Positions 10,562 to 20,143 of a stretch of DNA of 58,257 bases are shown piece after piece (position 1 is the stretch's first letter; every line of letters begins with the position of its first letter). The position numbers and the translations under genes were made by a program. This DNA is from Desulfurococcales archaeon (GTDB lineage Archaea; Thermoproteota; Thermoprotei_A; Sulfolobales; NBVN01): NCBI GenBank assembly GCA_023255965.1, contig JAGDWE010000056.1, positions 1 to 58,257 on the forward strand. Reading direction: 5' to 3'. The notes below the pieces were generated by a model. That model was not told the origin of the DNA. It made no database searches and saw only the letters and a list, made by a program, of their open reading frames with translations.

Positions 10562-10984
10562 TCACACCTCACTTACTACTACTTCCAGATGAGTGAGGGA
10601 CTTAAACTTAGGTGTTGCCCTACCAAATGCCCTAGGCATCCACCTCTTTAAATACGGACCCCTATGGGCAGCTGCATGAGTGATCACTAACCTATCAATA
10701 TTTAGGCCTTTATTTGATGCGTTATTCTCTACATTATCTAAAAGCTTTAACACGTACTTACATGCCTTAATTGGGTATCTACCTATTTGGGATCCCCACT
10801 TAGGAAATCTTTTAGCTAAACCTTTCTTATGGGCAATTGATAATTTATACCTAGTATACGGTATCGGGATCTTATAGTTAATGACGTCATTGAGCAGCTT
10901 CTTGGCTTCACCTAATCTCATACCTCTAATTATCTTAAATATCTCGTAAGCCTCCTTCCTAGATATATCTACATCCCACATCAT
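10562..10984 (-). CDS. rpl22: 50S ribosomal protein uL22
   Basis: 140 aa preceding rps3. It is the first gene of this truncated cluster. Confidence 0.85.
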   Translation of the reverse strand: MMWDVDISRKEAYEIFKIIRGMRLGEAKKLLNDVINYKIPIPYTRYKLSIAHKKGLAKRFPKWGSQIGRYPIKACKYVLKLLDNVENNASNKGLNIDRLVITHAAAHRGPYLKRWMPRAFGRATPKFKSLTHLEVVVSEV

Positions 10985-11185
10985 AGCCTTAGCACTTCTC
11001 GATTCATCAACACTTACAGAGTAATGCCATACTGGCAGCCATCCACACCCCGTATTACTGCTAGACGTAGTATTTTTAAAGGTTAATAAATTCGTTTAGA
11101 GCCGAACTTAATGAACTCTATTAAGATGATGCGAGGGGGTCATTAATTTAAATTTAAAATTCATTAAACCACTATATATTCGCAG

Positions 11186-12649
11186 GTGAGGCCAGAAATG
11201 CCGCAGGGAATTCAACTTAGAAGGGTTGACGAACATACATGGGAAATCCCTAAGGAATCAATTAAGTGCATGAGGGTACCAGCTATAATATTTGCTGACG
11301 ACTACCTACTTAAGAAGATGGAGGAGGATCTAACACTAAATCAAGCAGCAAACGTCGCATGCCTAAATGGCGTTATGAAGGCTGTCTACGTAATGCCTGA
11401 CGGCCATCAAGGTTACGGCTTCCCTATAGGTGGGGTAGCCGCTATGAACTACGAGGATGGAGTGGTATCACCTGGGGGTGTAGGCTATGATATCAACTGC
11501 GGTGTTCGACTACTTAGGACGAACTTAAGCTACAATGATATTAAGGATAAGGTTAGGGACTTAGTCGATGAGATCTTCAGGAATGTCCCGAGCGGTGTAG
11601 GCAGCACTGGGAAGGTGAGGCTAGATATATCGGAGCTAGATAAGGTTCTAGAGGAAGGCGTTGAATGGGCGATCAATAAAGGATTCGGATGGCATGAAGA
11701 TTTAGAGCATATTGAGGAGAGAGGTAGGATGAAAGAGGCAGATGCAAGTAAGGTAAGTAGAGTTGCTAAAGAAAGAGGAGCGCCTCAATTAGGTACCTTA
11801 GGGGCTGGGAATCATTTCCTAGAGATTCAGGTAGTCGATAAAATATATGATCAAAGAGTTGCTAAGAAGCTGGGGATAGAATTTGAGGGACAAATAACCG
11901 TTATGGTTCATACCGGTTCAAGAGGTCTTGGCCATCAAGTAGCTAGCGACTATCTAATAACTATGGAAAGGGCAATGAGGAAGTATGGCATAAACCCACC
12001 AGATAGAGAGCTTGCGTCAGTTCCGATAAACTCTAAAGAGGGCATGGACTACTTCGCAGCCATGGCGGCTGCAGCAAACTATGCGTGGACCAATAGACAA
12101 TTAATTACCCATTGGGTTAGGGAGAGCTTCGCTAAGGTGTTAAAGATGGATCCAAGCAGTTTAGGTCTTGAGACGATCTATGACGTTGCACACAATATAG
12201 CCAAGATAGAAGAACACGTTATAGATTCATCTAGGGTTAAGGTGGTTGTACACAGAAAGGGGGCCACTAGGGCGTTTCCACCAGGCCATCCAGATATACC
12301 TAAGGATCATAAGGAAGTAGGCCAAGTAGTGCTGATACCGGGTTCCATGGGCAGCGCGAGTTATGTAATGGTCGGGATCCCTGAAGGATCTAGAACATTT
12401 TATTCAGCTGCCCACGGGGCTGGAAGGTGGATGTCTAGAGAAGCAGCTATTAGGAGATATCGTCCAGCCGAAGTCATTGATGAATTAAGTAAGCAAGGTA
12501 TATACTTAAGGGCCGCTACTAAGAGCGTGATCTCCGAGGAAGCTCCTGGCGCCTATAAAGATGTGGATAGAGTAGCATTAGTATCCCATAAGGTTAAGAT
12601 AGCTTCATTAGTTGCTAGGTTAAGGCCCATCGGTGTCGCTAAAGGTTAA
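11186..12649 (+). CDS. rtcB: RNA-splicing ligase RtcB
   Basis: 487 aa with RtcB metal/GMP-site blocks (..MPDGHQGYGFPIGGV.., ..GGVGYDINCGVRL.., ..GAGNHFLE.., ..HTGSRGLGHQV..). Normal length, so no intein. Confidence 0.95.
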   Translation: MRPEMPQGIQLRRVDEHTWEIPKESIKCMRVPAIIFADDYLLKKMEEDLTLNQAANVACLNGVMKAVYVMPDGHQGYGFPIGGVAAMNYEDGVVSPGGVGYDINCGVRLLRTNLSYNDIKDKVRDLVDEIFRNVPSGVGSTGKVRLDISELDKVLEEGVEWAINKGFGWHEDLEHIEERGRMKEADASKVSRVAKERGAPQLGTLGAGNHFLEIQVVDKIYDQRVAKKLGIEFEGQITVMVHTGSRGLGHQVASDYLITMERAMRKYGINPPDRELASVPINSKEGMDYFAAMAAAANYAWTNRQLITHWVRESFAKVLKMDPSSLGLETIYDVAHNIAKIEEHVIDSSRVKVVVHRKGATRAFPPGHPDIPKDHKEVGQVVLIPGSMGSASYVMVGIPEGSRTFYSAAHGAGRWMSREAAIRRYRPAEVIDELSKQGIYLRAATKSVISEEAPGAYKDVDRVALVSHKVKIASLVARLRPIGVAKG

Positions 12650-12655
12650 TGTATA

Positions 12656-13054
12656 ATGAGTCATAAAGTAATCGCCAGCGCCTTATTCATATATAACAAC
12701 CTTATAATTAAGTCTAAGATATCGATTACTCCATCGGAGGTAAAGATATTCATCACTGATAAGGTAGTAGCACGAACCTCAATCCGTAGGTCAGAGCTAT
12801 CTTTAAGGGAGTACAGCGTCATTACTAGGTTAAATGCCAATAATACAATATCAATTAAATTAAGTGGCATTACGAACATTAGGTATCATTGGTTGCATAA
12901 GGATGCTTACAGCAAGCTACTGAGCAACATCAATTTAAAGATTAACGGAAACTTGTACTATGTTTATTTAGAGACGTTAGATGGTTTATATAGGATTATA
13001 ATGACTCAGCGCGACCTACGTAAACTACTAACATCACTTCATAGCAACAAATAA
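12656..13054 (+). CDS. hypothetical protein, Ile/Asn/Lys-rich
   Basis: 132-aa ORF 7 nt after the rtcB stop on the same strand. No motif recognised. Its 3' end overlaps the convergent rps19 by 21 nt. Confidence 0.35.
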   Translation: MSHKVIASALFIYNNLIIKSKISITPSEVKIFITDKVVARTSIRRSELSLREYSVITRLNANNTISIKLSGITNIRYHWLHKDAYSKLLSNINLKINGNLYYVYLETLDGLYRIIMTQRDLRKLLTSLHSNK

Positions 13055-13513
13055 AGTGCTCTTAGTGGCTTTGAGTCCTGGCTCTCCATGCTCTACTTTC
13101 TTACATGTAGGAGCGAATTCCCCTAGGTAATGGCCTATCATCTCCGGCGTTATTTTTACTGGAACGAACTCCTTGCCATTATATACGGCTATAGTTAAGC
13201 CCACCATAACAGGTAATACAATCGCATCCCTCACATGAGTCTTTATTACCACATTCTTATTCTTACCCTCGCTAATCAACTTACGGGCCCACATTACCTT
13301 CTCTAAAAGCTTCATTCTCGGGGACTCAGGAATGCCCATCTGGGCCCTACGAGCCCTTACTTTAGAATTGGACTCCCTCAATAATGATCTCCTAGCCCTC
13401 GCAGGCAGTAACGATATTAGCTCGTCCATAGACATATTAAGCAATTCCTCTAAAGTTCTACCTCTATATCTAAACGACCTCCACTCGGGCGGTATCTCAG
13501 GCATTACGCTCAC
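13034..13513 (-). CDS. rps19: 30S ribosomal protein uS19
   Basis: C-terminal ..[39 protein letters not shown].. is typical S19. It is detached from rpl2 and rpl22. Confidence 0.9.
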   Translation of the reverse strand: MSVMPEIPPEWRSFRYRGRTLEELLNMSMDELISLLPARARRSLLRESNSKVRARRAQMGIPESPRMKLLEKVMWARKLISEGKNKNVVIKTHVRDAIVLPVMVGLTIAVYNGKEFVPVKITPEMIGHYLGEFAPTCKKVEHGEPGLKATKSTLFVAMK

Positions 13514-13620
13514 TTAAACTCACCTAAAGCATCCTACTCTACTAGCTTTATAAATTATAATCATTACTTCATTACTAGATTGAAATGTTTAGTGGATAGA
13601 GAACCTGTAACTTAGGTTAT

Positions 13621-14520
13621 TTAGGTTATACCTGCATGATACATAAGTTGATTGATCACAGCCAGAGATGCATAAATAGCCTCAACGGTTCTAACACTAC
13701 GTGTGCCTTGAAGGGGTATAGTATTGACCTTAAACCTAATGAAGTCCCTTATAAGGTCTAAATTAGGTCCTAGCAGTTCATCGAAATCAAGCCTAGGATT
13801 TCCGAAGAGTATCTTAACAGCTTTAACGAATTCTCTCTTTTGTACAATAGCATTAACAAGTTCACCAGCATTGCACCCGTACTTGGTAGTTACTATACAT
13901 AATTCATCATCCCTACCTAAATACTTTGTAAGCGCTACTACACTGTCAATAACTGCCAGCTTAAATCCTGCATACCATGGCAATTCGTCATCTGTCACTA
14001 TGATACCTCTTAATGGTCTAGCTTTAGTTATCCTGACGTAAACCCTAGAACCTTCGCTCAAGCTGTCCCTCAATGTTGTAGGCACCTCGGCAATCAAATC
14101 CTCACTTAAACCTATGTATATCTTTGCGTACTTACCTCTAATCCTAAGAATCACCCCTTCACGCACTACGCCTGACCGAATCTCCTCCCTAGTCTCCGGA
14201 TGTGTAAATACATTTAATGGAGGTAAAATACCCGCATATCTGAGGATATCCATCCTACCTATAATCCTTCTCCTAAGGTACGGTGGTGTTAACATATAGT
14301 TAAATATATGCTTAACTATATCTATATCATGCGAGTAACATCCCTCATCCACATACACAGCAACCTCATCAACTCTAAACACGGCTAAAGCCCTAGCTAG
14401 ATAGCCTAAGAGTACGGTTTTGTCATACAGTGTTTGCTCGGTAGATAGCAACGATATTGGAATAACTACACACAACTTTATCCTACGTTTTGGCGGGGGC
14501 CATACGAATAATGAACTCAT
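13621..14520 (-). CDS. SPOUT-superfamily RNA methyltransferase-like protein (DUF171/COG2106 type)
   Basis: 299 aa. The N-terminus ..KLCVVIPISLLSTEQTLYDKTVLLGYLARALAVFRVDEVAVYVDE.. matches my memory of the DUF171 signature. Family call is from recollection only. Confidence 0.55.
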   Translation of the reverse strand: MSSLFVWPPPKRRIKLCVVIPISLLSTEQTLYDKTVLLGYLARALAVFRVDEVAVYVDEGCYSHDIDIVKHIFNYMLTPPYLRRRIIGRMDILRYAGILPPLNVFTHPETREEIRSGVVREGVILRIRGKYAKIYIGLSEDLIAEVPTTLRDSLSEGSRVYVRITKARPLRGIIVTDDELPWYAGFKLAVIDSVVALTKYLGRDDELCIVTTKYGCNAGELVNAIVQKREFVKAVKILFGNPRLDFDELLGPNLDLIRDFIRFKVNTIPLQGTRSVRTVEAIYASLAVINQLMYHAGIT

Positions 14521-14893
14521 TAAAGATGCGTACCCTTACTTACTTGTAGCCTTCTTACTACCCTTACCTGCCTCCTTACTCCCCCTCGACTCCTTAACCA
14601 TGAATATCGTAGTTCTCTGTCTTCCACCCATCTCTTCACACCGTTAATTATTTAATATACGACCCTATATAAGTTTGGATGATGTCTTTGCCGAGTGCTG
14701 AGTGCTTGATGATAATAGTACCACTGATTTAGGGATTTCTAGTATGGTGTCCATAGTAAAGGATGAAGTTTGGTATTTTAATTCCTACATGCCATTCAAA
14801 TGAAATATTTAAACGCGAATAGATGCGAGCATCCCTGCCCTCCAGGGCAAGAAGGGGGTCGGATCCATCAATACTTGATGAGAATATGTACAA

Positions 14894-14912
14894 CTATAAA
14901 AGCTTATAAAAG
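14894..14912 (+). promoter_or_regulatory. TATA-like elements upstream of rpl3
   Basis: ctataaaagcttataaaag lies 34-52 nt upstream of the rpl3 ATG. The archaeal TATA consensus is A/T-rich like this. Position-based guess. Confidence 0.3.
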
Positions 14913-14945
14913 TTAAATTGACTGTATTACGTAGCGTGGTGGGTA

Positions 14946-15959
14946 ATGGCAAGAAGGAAGACTTCAGCGCCGCGTAGAGGTAGCCTGGCATTTAGGCCTA
15001 GAAAAAGAGCTTCAAGACTTTTACCTAGGGTAAAAAATTGGCCTGACATAGCCATTGGAGCACCTACGTTACTAGGCTTCATTGGATATAAGGCTGGTAT
15101 GACTCACGCGGTAATAATTGACGATCGCCCAAATTCATTAACCAGTGGCAGGGAGGTGGTAGTTCCAGTTACGGTTATCGAGACTCCACCGATAATACCA
15201 ATAGCTTTGAGGGCTTATACATCGAGCGAATGGGGCATTAGGAGCTTGACAGAGGCTTGGATAGAACCTCCTAAGGAACTAGAGCTTAGTAGGGTTATAC
15301 CTACATTAAGAGTTAGTGACGTTGATAAAGGCTTGAAGCTAATCTACGACAGCATTGATATAGTTAGTAAGGTATCTCTAATAGTAGCATCACAACCTAA
15401 ACTTACCGGGGGCTTAAGTAAGAAGAAACCTGATCTACTCGAGATAAAGTTAGGCGGTGGAAGCATCGAAGATCAATTAAAATACGCCCAATCCATACTT
15501 GGTAAGGAAGTAAGGGTTACGGAGGTATTTAGTGAGGGACAATACATTGACGTATTAGGCGTCACTAAAGGGAAAGGATTTCAGGGTGTTATAAAGAGAT
15601 TTGGAGTCAAAGAGCTCCCTCGATGGCATAAACACAGAAAGGGTAGTAGGAAGGTTGGTTCCAGAGGTCCTACACTTGGTGCACTAAGCACGGTTCCTCA
15701 AGCAGGTCAATTAGGTTACCATAGAAGGACGATATATAACCTAAGAATCATTAAGATAGGTAATAACGGGTTTGAAATAACGCCTTCAGGTGGCTTTCCT
15801 CATTATGGTATTATTGGTTCGGACTACGTACTAGTTAAAGGTAGTGTGGTAGGTCCGGTAAAAAGACCCCTGGTATTGAGGTATCCTATTCGTCCTCCTA
15901 AATGGATCCCATCAGGGCCTCCTATCATTACATACATTAGCTTAGATAGTAAAATGTAG
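14946..15959 (+). CDS. rpl3: 50S ribosomal protein uL3
   Basis: 337 aa, N-terminus ..PRRGSLAFRPRKRA.. and ..GFIGYKAGMTH.. typical of archaeal L3. Confidence 0.95.
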   Translation: MARRKTSAPRRGSLAFRPRKRASRLLPRVKNWPDIAIGAPTLLGFIGYKAGMTHAVIIDDRPNSLTSGREVVVPVTVIETPPIIPIALRAYTSSEWGIRSLTEAWIEPPKELELSRVIPTLRVSDVDKGLKLIYDSIDIVSKVSLIVASQPKLTGGLSKKKPDLLEIKLGGGSIEDQLKYAQSILGKEVRVTEVFSEGQYIDVLGVTKGKGFQGVIKRFGVKELPRWHKHRKGSRKVGSRGPTLGALSTVPQAGQLGYHRRTIYNLRIIKIGNNGFEITPSGGFPHYGIIGSDYVLVKGSVVGPVKRPLVLRYPIRPPKWIPSGPPIITYISLDSKM

Positions 15960-15970
15960 GTGGTAACACG

Positions 15971-16786
15971 ATGAGCCTAAAAATAATCTTGCCACCGGAT
16001 ATGGTAGAAGTTAAGCAGGTCCCGGTTTATAATTTAGATGGAAGTATTGCTGGGAGTGTACAACTACCACTAATATTCAGCTACCCAGTTAGGAAGGACT
16101 TGATACGCAGGGCATTCATATCCGCATTTACTGGTAGACTTCAACCTAAAGGACGCGATCCATTAGCAGGTAAGAGGAGGACTGGAGAGAGTTGGGGAAT
16201 AAATTACGGCCTCGCCAGGGTCCCTAGATTAGATAATGGCAGAGCGGTCATAGCTCCTATGACGAGGGGCGGTAGATTAGCTCATCCGCCTAGGGTAAAT
16301 GAAAAAATACGCGAGTTAATTAATAAGAAGGAGAAAGCCTTAGCCATAATCTCAGCGCTTGCTGCCACTTCGAACCCAGCAATAGTCAGGATGAGGGGTC
16401 ATATAGTTAATTATGAAGCGCTTCCGGTAATTATTACCGATGAATTCGAGGACCTAACCATAACTTCTGAGGCTAAGAAGGTGCTGAAGGCCCTTAAATT
16501 GTGGGATGATATAGTTAGGGCTGGTGAAAGCATAAGGATTAGGGCTGGGAAAGGTAAGATGAGGGGGAGGAAATATAAAGGATCTAAATCAGTGCTTGCA
16601 ATCATCTCTAATAAGGATGCTAAAGTCATTAAGGCGCTACGGAATTTACCCGGGGTCGATGTAGTGAGCCCCGACATGCTCAACATAAAGCACCTAGCAC
16701 CGGGAGGCGTACCTGGCAGGCTAACTATAATCACGTTAAAGGCCTTAGATATATTAGGCAAGAAGTATGAGGTGCTTACCTTTTGA
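15971..16786 (+). CDS. rpl4: 50S ribosomal protein uL4
   Basis: 271 aa following rpl3 in the conserved order. Confidence 0.9.
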   Translation: MSLKIILPPDMVEVKQVPVYNLDGSIAGSVQLPLIFSYPVRKDLIRRAFISAFTGRLQPKGRDPLAGKRRTGESWGINYGLARVPRLDNGRAVIAPMTRGGRLAHPPRVNEKIRELINKKEKALAIISALAATSNPAIVRMRGHIVNYEALPVIITDEFEDLTITSEAKKVLKALKLWDDIVRAGESIRIRAGKGKMRGRKYKGSKSVLAIISNKDAKVIKALRNLPGVDVVSPDMLNIKHLAPGGVPGRLTIITLKALDILGKKYEVLTF

Positions 16787-17046
16787 GAGACCCTACTAAA
16801 GTGTTAATTAGGCCCTTAGTTACTGAGAAAGCATTAAATTACATCGAGAAATATAATACGTTGGTTTTCATCGTTGATATAAATTCCACTAAAAATGATA
16901 TAAGGAACGCCGTAGAAAGGCTATTTAACGTTAAGGTTGATGAGGTCAGAACTACAATAACACCTAAGGGTGAAAAGAAGGCCTACATAAGATTAAGTAA
17001 AGAAGCTAAAGCCTCGGAGGTGGCAACTAAGCTAGGTGTGCTGTAA
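16783..17046 (+). CDS. rpl23: 50S ribosomal protein uL23
   Basis: 87 aa (..PLVTEKALN..) in the conserved order. 4-nt overlap with rpl4. Confidence 0.9.
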   Translation: MRDPTKVLIRPLVTEKALNYIEKYNTLVFIVDINSTKNDIRNAVERLFNVKVDEVRTTITPKGEKKAYIRLSKEAKASEVATKLGVL

Positions 17047-17059
17047 GGAGGTGAGGAGT

Positions 17060-17791
17060 ATGGGCAAGAGAATATTAGCTCAAAGAATGGGCAGAGGGTC
17101 GCCAGTATTTCGTAGTCCATCGCATATTCATATAGCGCCTGCTAAATATCCACCAATAATGGATAAAACCTTAAGCGGGGTTGTAGCGGATCTTGTCCAC
17201 GATCCCGGGAGATGGGTTCCATTAGCTCATATTAGGTTAGAAAATGGTTATGAGTACTACATACCGGCAGCTGAGGGAATGTATGTAGGTCAGGTGGTTT
17301 ACATAGGTCCGGAGGCACCTATAGCTGTAGGTAATACATTACCCTTAAGTAGTATACCTGAAGGTACTAAGATATATAACATTGAATTAAGGCCTGGTGA
17401 TGGGGGTAAGTTATCTAGACAGGCTGGTAGTTATGCGGTAATAGTGGGTAGGAGTGGTAGGTACACGATCGTGAGATTACCAAGCGGTAAGCTTAAGACG
17501 ATATTAAGTAGCGCAAGAGCTACCATAGGTGTGCCAGCAGGGGGTGGTAGGATTGAAAAGCCATTACTGAAGGCTGGCGCTTCATACCATAAATGGAAAG
17601 TTAAGGCTAGGAAATGGCCTAGAGTTAGGGGTGTAGCAATGAACGCGGTATCACATCCACACGGCGGTGGTTCACATCAGAGCGTTTCAGCGCCATCTAC
17701 AGTATCTAGAAATGCTCCTCCGGGACGTAAAGTCGGCCATATAGCAGCTAGGAGAACCGGTAGAAAGAAAGGAAGCAGGGTAAAGCAATAA
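17060..17791 (+). CDS. rpl2: 50S ribosomal protein uL2
   Basis: I place the start at the internal ATG (MGKRILAQRMGRG..), which is preceded by aggaggtgagg. C-terminal ..GVAMNAVSHPHGGG.. is diagnostic of L2. Confidence 0.95.
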   Translation: MGKRILAQRMGRGSPVFRSPSHIHIAPAKYPPIMDKTLSGVVADLVHDPGRWVPLAHIRLENGYEYYIPAAEGMYVGQVVYIGPEAPIAVGNTLPLSSIPEGTKIYNIELRPGDGGKLSRQAGSYAVIVGRSGRYTIVRLPSGKLKTILSSARATIGVPAGGGRIEKPLLKAGASYHKWKVKARKWPRVRGVAMNAVSHPHGGGSHQSVSAPSTVSRNAPPGRKVGHIAARRTGRKKGSRVKQ

Positions 17792-17845
17792 ACATTATAA
17801 GTCAGATTCTACAATACATCATTGGATCAGTTTTTGCACCCATCA

Positions 17846-18574
17846 TCATGTCCTACAGTATGTATCAATTATCTTCTTAATAATTTTTGAAGTGCTTGCT
17901 ACCTCGTCTTTGTATTTATTGGACAGCCTTAGAATCTTGACGTTTAAGTTCTTACTACTTACGTACCTCTTCAGCTCATCCTCATCTATAGGCTGATCAG
18001 GGCCTAACATTATTATATTTGGATTTACAACATCTACAGACTTAAATATATCTGATTCGTCGCCTAAGATAGCCCTGTACACATACCTAATCGAGCTAAC
18101 CAACTCAAGCCTAGTTAACTCGTCATTGACTGGCTCCCTATTCTTAATCCTCCTAACTGTTGAGTCCCTAGCAACAACTGCGTACACTAATCCCAGTTTA
18201 GAGGCCTCTCTAAGATAATATATGTGCCCTGGGTGAATGATGTCGAAGGTTCCTCCAACCATAACTCTGAGGATCTCTGGCTTACTCCACTTAAAGTCCA
18301 AGAATCCAAGAATCCTTAAAGAATCTAATAATCCTTCAGCATATGCAATGCAGGAAAGTGATGTAAAATAATCACCTTTCGTAAAGTAGTACCTAGCATC
18401 ATCGAGGTACATCCTACTTAACTTTACTAGCTCCTTAATCCTATCATCCCTTATTTCCTCCTGACGTATATCGTTTAATATCCTCTCAACACTCAGTATA
18501 TACTTAAGTAATCTACTAACTATGCTTTCATCTACAGTATATGTCATTAATAACCACCAATGCCTCCTCTTCAA
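17846..18574 (-). CDS. ribL: DUF357-like N-terminal domain fused to a cytidylyltransferase-fold FMN adenylyltransferase (RibL-like)
   Basis: C-terminal half ..GGTFDIIHPGHIYYL..ARDSTV..REP..E..R.E.V....V..AILG..PNIIMLGPDQ follows the archaeal RibL pattern (HxGH motif). The helical N-terminal roughly 90 aa resembles DUF357. The true start is probably the second Met (MTYTV..). Confidence 0.65.
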   Translation of the reverse strand: MKRRHWWLLMTYTVDESIVSRLLKYILSVERILNDIRQEEIRDDRIKELVKLSRMYLDDARYYFTKGDYFTSLSCIAYAEGLLDSLRILGFLDFKWSKPEILRVMVGGTFDIIHPGHIYYLREASKLGLVYAVVARDSTVRRIKNREPVNDELTRLELVSSIRYVYRAILGDESDIFKSVDVVNPNIIMLGPDQPIDEDELKRYVSSKNLNVKILRLSNKYKDEVASTSKIIKKIIDTYCRT

Positions 18575-19316
18575 TAAAGTGCAACTTAGGCGACGTTATG
18601 ATTAATGTATGCGGGGGCTTGCCGAAGTCGTACTCCATCAGCTTTTGTAAGGATCCGGAACATATCTTCATGTCCTGCCCTCCTAATCTACTCATACCAA
18701 CGGCTAAATTCTCCTTAGAGATTACCCCCTCACCTCGTAAGTTCTCTAATGTAAAGAGGGTATCTATAGCTTCACGTATAGACATAAAGAGCCCTCTTTC
18801 GACATCGATTTCAAGTAGGAGGAGCGTGTGTAGATTTCTTAACATATTCTCCTTCACAACATCATAGACGTACTCATAGACTATGCCATCTTTAGGGTAG
18901 GTAAGAGTAGCTATCTTCCCGAACTTATACACCATTAACCCAGATAAAGACATAGCTGCAGATACCACACTTACGCCAGGAACTATTTCAACGTTATACC
19001 CCCTCTTACGGGCCTCTATAACTAAGTTTATGTGAGTTGTAGCTATTAATGCATCGCCTGGAACTAATAAAGCTACATCGCCTTTCTTAAGTGCCTCAAA
19101 TATCATCTTCGCATTTAACTCCTCGATGTCCCTTCTATATAACACTTTGCAATCCCTTCCTAGAACTGCCCCCAACGACCTCCAATCATCAAGTAATACG
19201 CTTGTATAACCGTCTATGAATACTTCCTTGACCTTCCGTATCATGTTTAATGATTTTAACGTTAGATAATCTGATGAAAAACCTATGCCTATGATATAAA
19301 GGGTATTTGAGTTCAA
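18528..19316 (-). CDS. dphB: diphthine synthase
   Basis: 262 aa tetrapyrrole-methylase fold (LYIIGIGFSS..LTLKSL.., ..LVPGDALIATTH..). Confidence 0.9.
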   Translation of the reverse strand: MNSNTLYIIGIGFSSDYLTLKSLNMIRKVKEVFIDGYTSVLLDDWRSLGAVLGRDCKVLYRRDIEELNAKMIFEALKKGDVALLVPGDALIATTHINLVIEARKRGYNVEIVPGVSVVSAAMSLSGLMVYKFGKIATLTYPKDGIVYEYVYDVVKENMLRNLHTLLLLEIDVERGLFMSIREAIDTLFTLENLRGEGVISKENLAVGMSRLGGQDMKICSGSLQKLMEYDFGKPPHTLIITSPKLHFIEEEALVVINDIYCR

Positions 19317-19789
19317 TGCTCAACTAACACCTCATAACCTTCCACTACTAAGTCGATGTCGAGATTTAATAATTCTTTAAACCGATTAACTATATCCACC
19401 ACCCTCTGTAGTTGATTGTTGGGTATGTTAAAAATCACCCTGACCCCATTCTTACTTAGCTCGAAATCTCCCTTGAACTCATTAATTATACGACCTACGT
19501 TATTAAATAACTCATTGACCGTTATGTCTGGCTTTATGTAAACTTCAAGAACCACCTTCTTTACAATTTCGTTTATGAAATCGTATTTGATATGCAATTC
19601 GATTTTAGTGATTAAACATGGTTCCCTAACGCATTTAACAGTTAATGCAAAGGTTATATCGTTGGATGCGTACAACTCTGCCTCGGTAAGCGCCTGCATA
19701 AGAAGGTCGTGAGGTATAAGTGTAGATAGTATTTCCCTAGGCCCAGCACCTATGTATGTTTCCTTCCTCATAGGATTCACATGGTTCAC
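19313..19789 (-). CDS. hypothetical protein
   Basis: 158-aa ORF. Its stop overlaps the dphB start by 4 nt (translational coupling). No motif recognised. Confidence 0.4.
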   Translation of the reverse strand: MNHVNPMRKETYIGAGPREILSTLIPHDLLMQALTEAELYASNDITFALTVKCVREPCLITKIELHIKYDFINEIVKKVVLEVYIKPDITVNELFNNVGRIINEFKGDFELSKNGVRVIFNIPNNQLQRVVDIVNRFKELLNLDIDLVVEGYEVLVEH

Positions 19790-19842
19790 ATTATGTACAT
19801 TTTTAAGTTAGGTAAAATTTATTATGGAGTTGGGAAGCCTAG

Positions 19843-20133
19843 ATGAATATAGATCCGGCCGAATGGGTAGAAAGAGTGAGCAAATTAGCTCTTATCAATC
19901 TAAGTGAGGAGGAAAAGAAGCTACTAATTAAGGACATGGCACGTATTATCGATTTCTTTAACATGATAAACGAATTAAAGGGATTAGATGATGTTGAACC
20001 GCTATTTATGATGCCTAGAGGTGAACCTGTACTACGTGATGATGAGGTAGGTGAGTGCCTAAGTATTAATGAAGTTCTAATGAATGTTAAGGAGAAGGAG
20101 GACAGATTTATAAAGGGTCCTAGGACTGCTTAG
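19843..20133 (+). CDS. gatC: Asp/Glu-tRNA amidotransferase subunit C
   Basis: 96 aa (..VERVSKLALINLSEEEKK.. pattern) directly upstream of gatA and gatB. Confidence 0.8.
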   Translation: MNIDPAEWVERVSKLALINLSEEEKKLLIKDMARIIDFFNMINELKGLDDVEPLFMMPRGEPVLRDDEVGECLSINEVLMNVKEKEDRFIKGPRTA

Positions 20134-20143
20134 GTGACTTCCT

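Noticed and set aside
12656-13054. Considered calling the rtcB-adjacent ORF archease.
   Set aside because: It has no archease-like conserved acidic N-terminal motif or C-terminal pattern. It is kept as hypothetical.
14800-14880. Short GC-rich patch (gcgagcatccctgccctccagggcaagaagggggtcggatcc) upstream of rpl3 as a possible sRNA or leader element.
   Set aside because: It has only one short hairpin (CCCTG/CAGGG) and no box motifs. It is too short and isolated to support a call. It may be part of the rpl3 operon leader.
14895-14908. Identical 14-mer tataaaagcttata at 14895-14908 (rpl3 promoter) and 31997-32010 (edge of the repeat region).
   Set aside because: In a ~58 kb AT-rich window searched on both strands, several exact 14-mer coincidences are expected by chance. 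There is no extended similarity around either copy.
17036-17059. Upstream ATG (MCCKEVRS..) as the rpl2 start.
   Set aside because: It overlaps the rpl23 end, and the added residues are not L2-like. The internal ATG at 17060 is preceded by aggaggtgagg and gives the canonical MGKR.. N-terminus.
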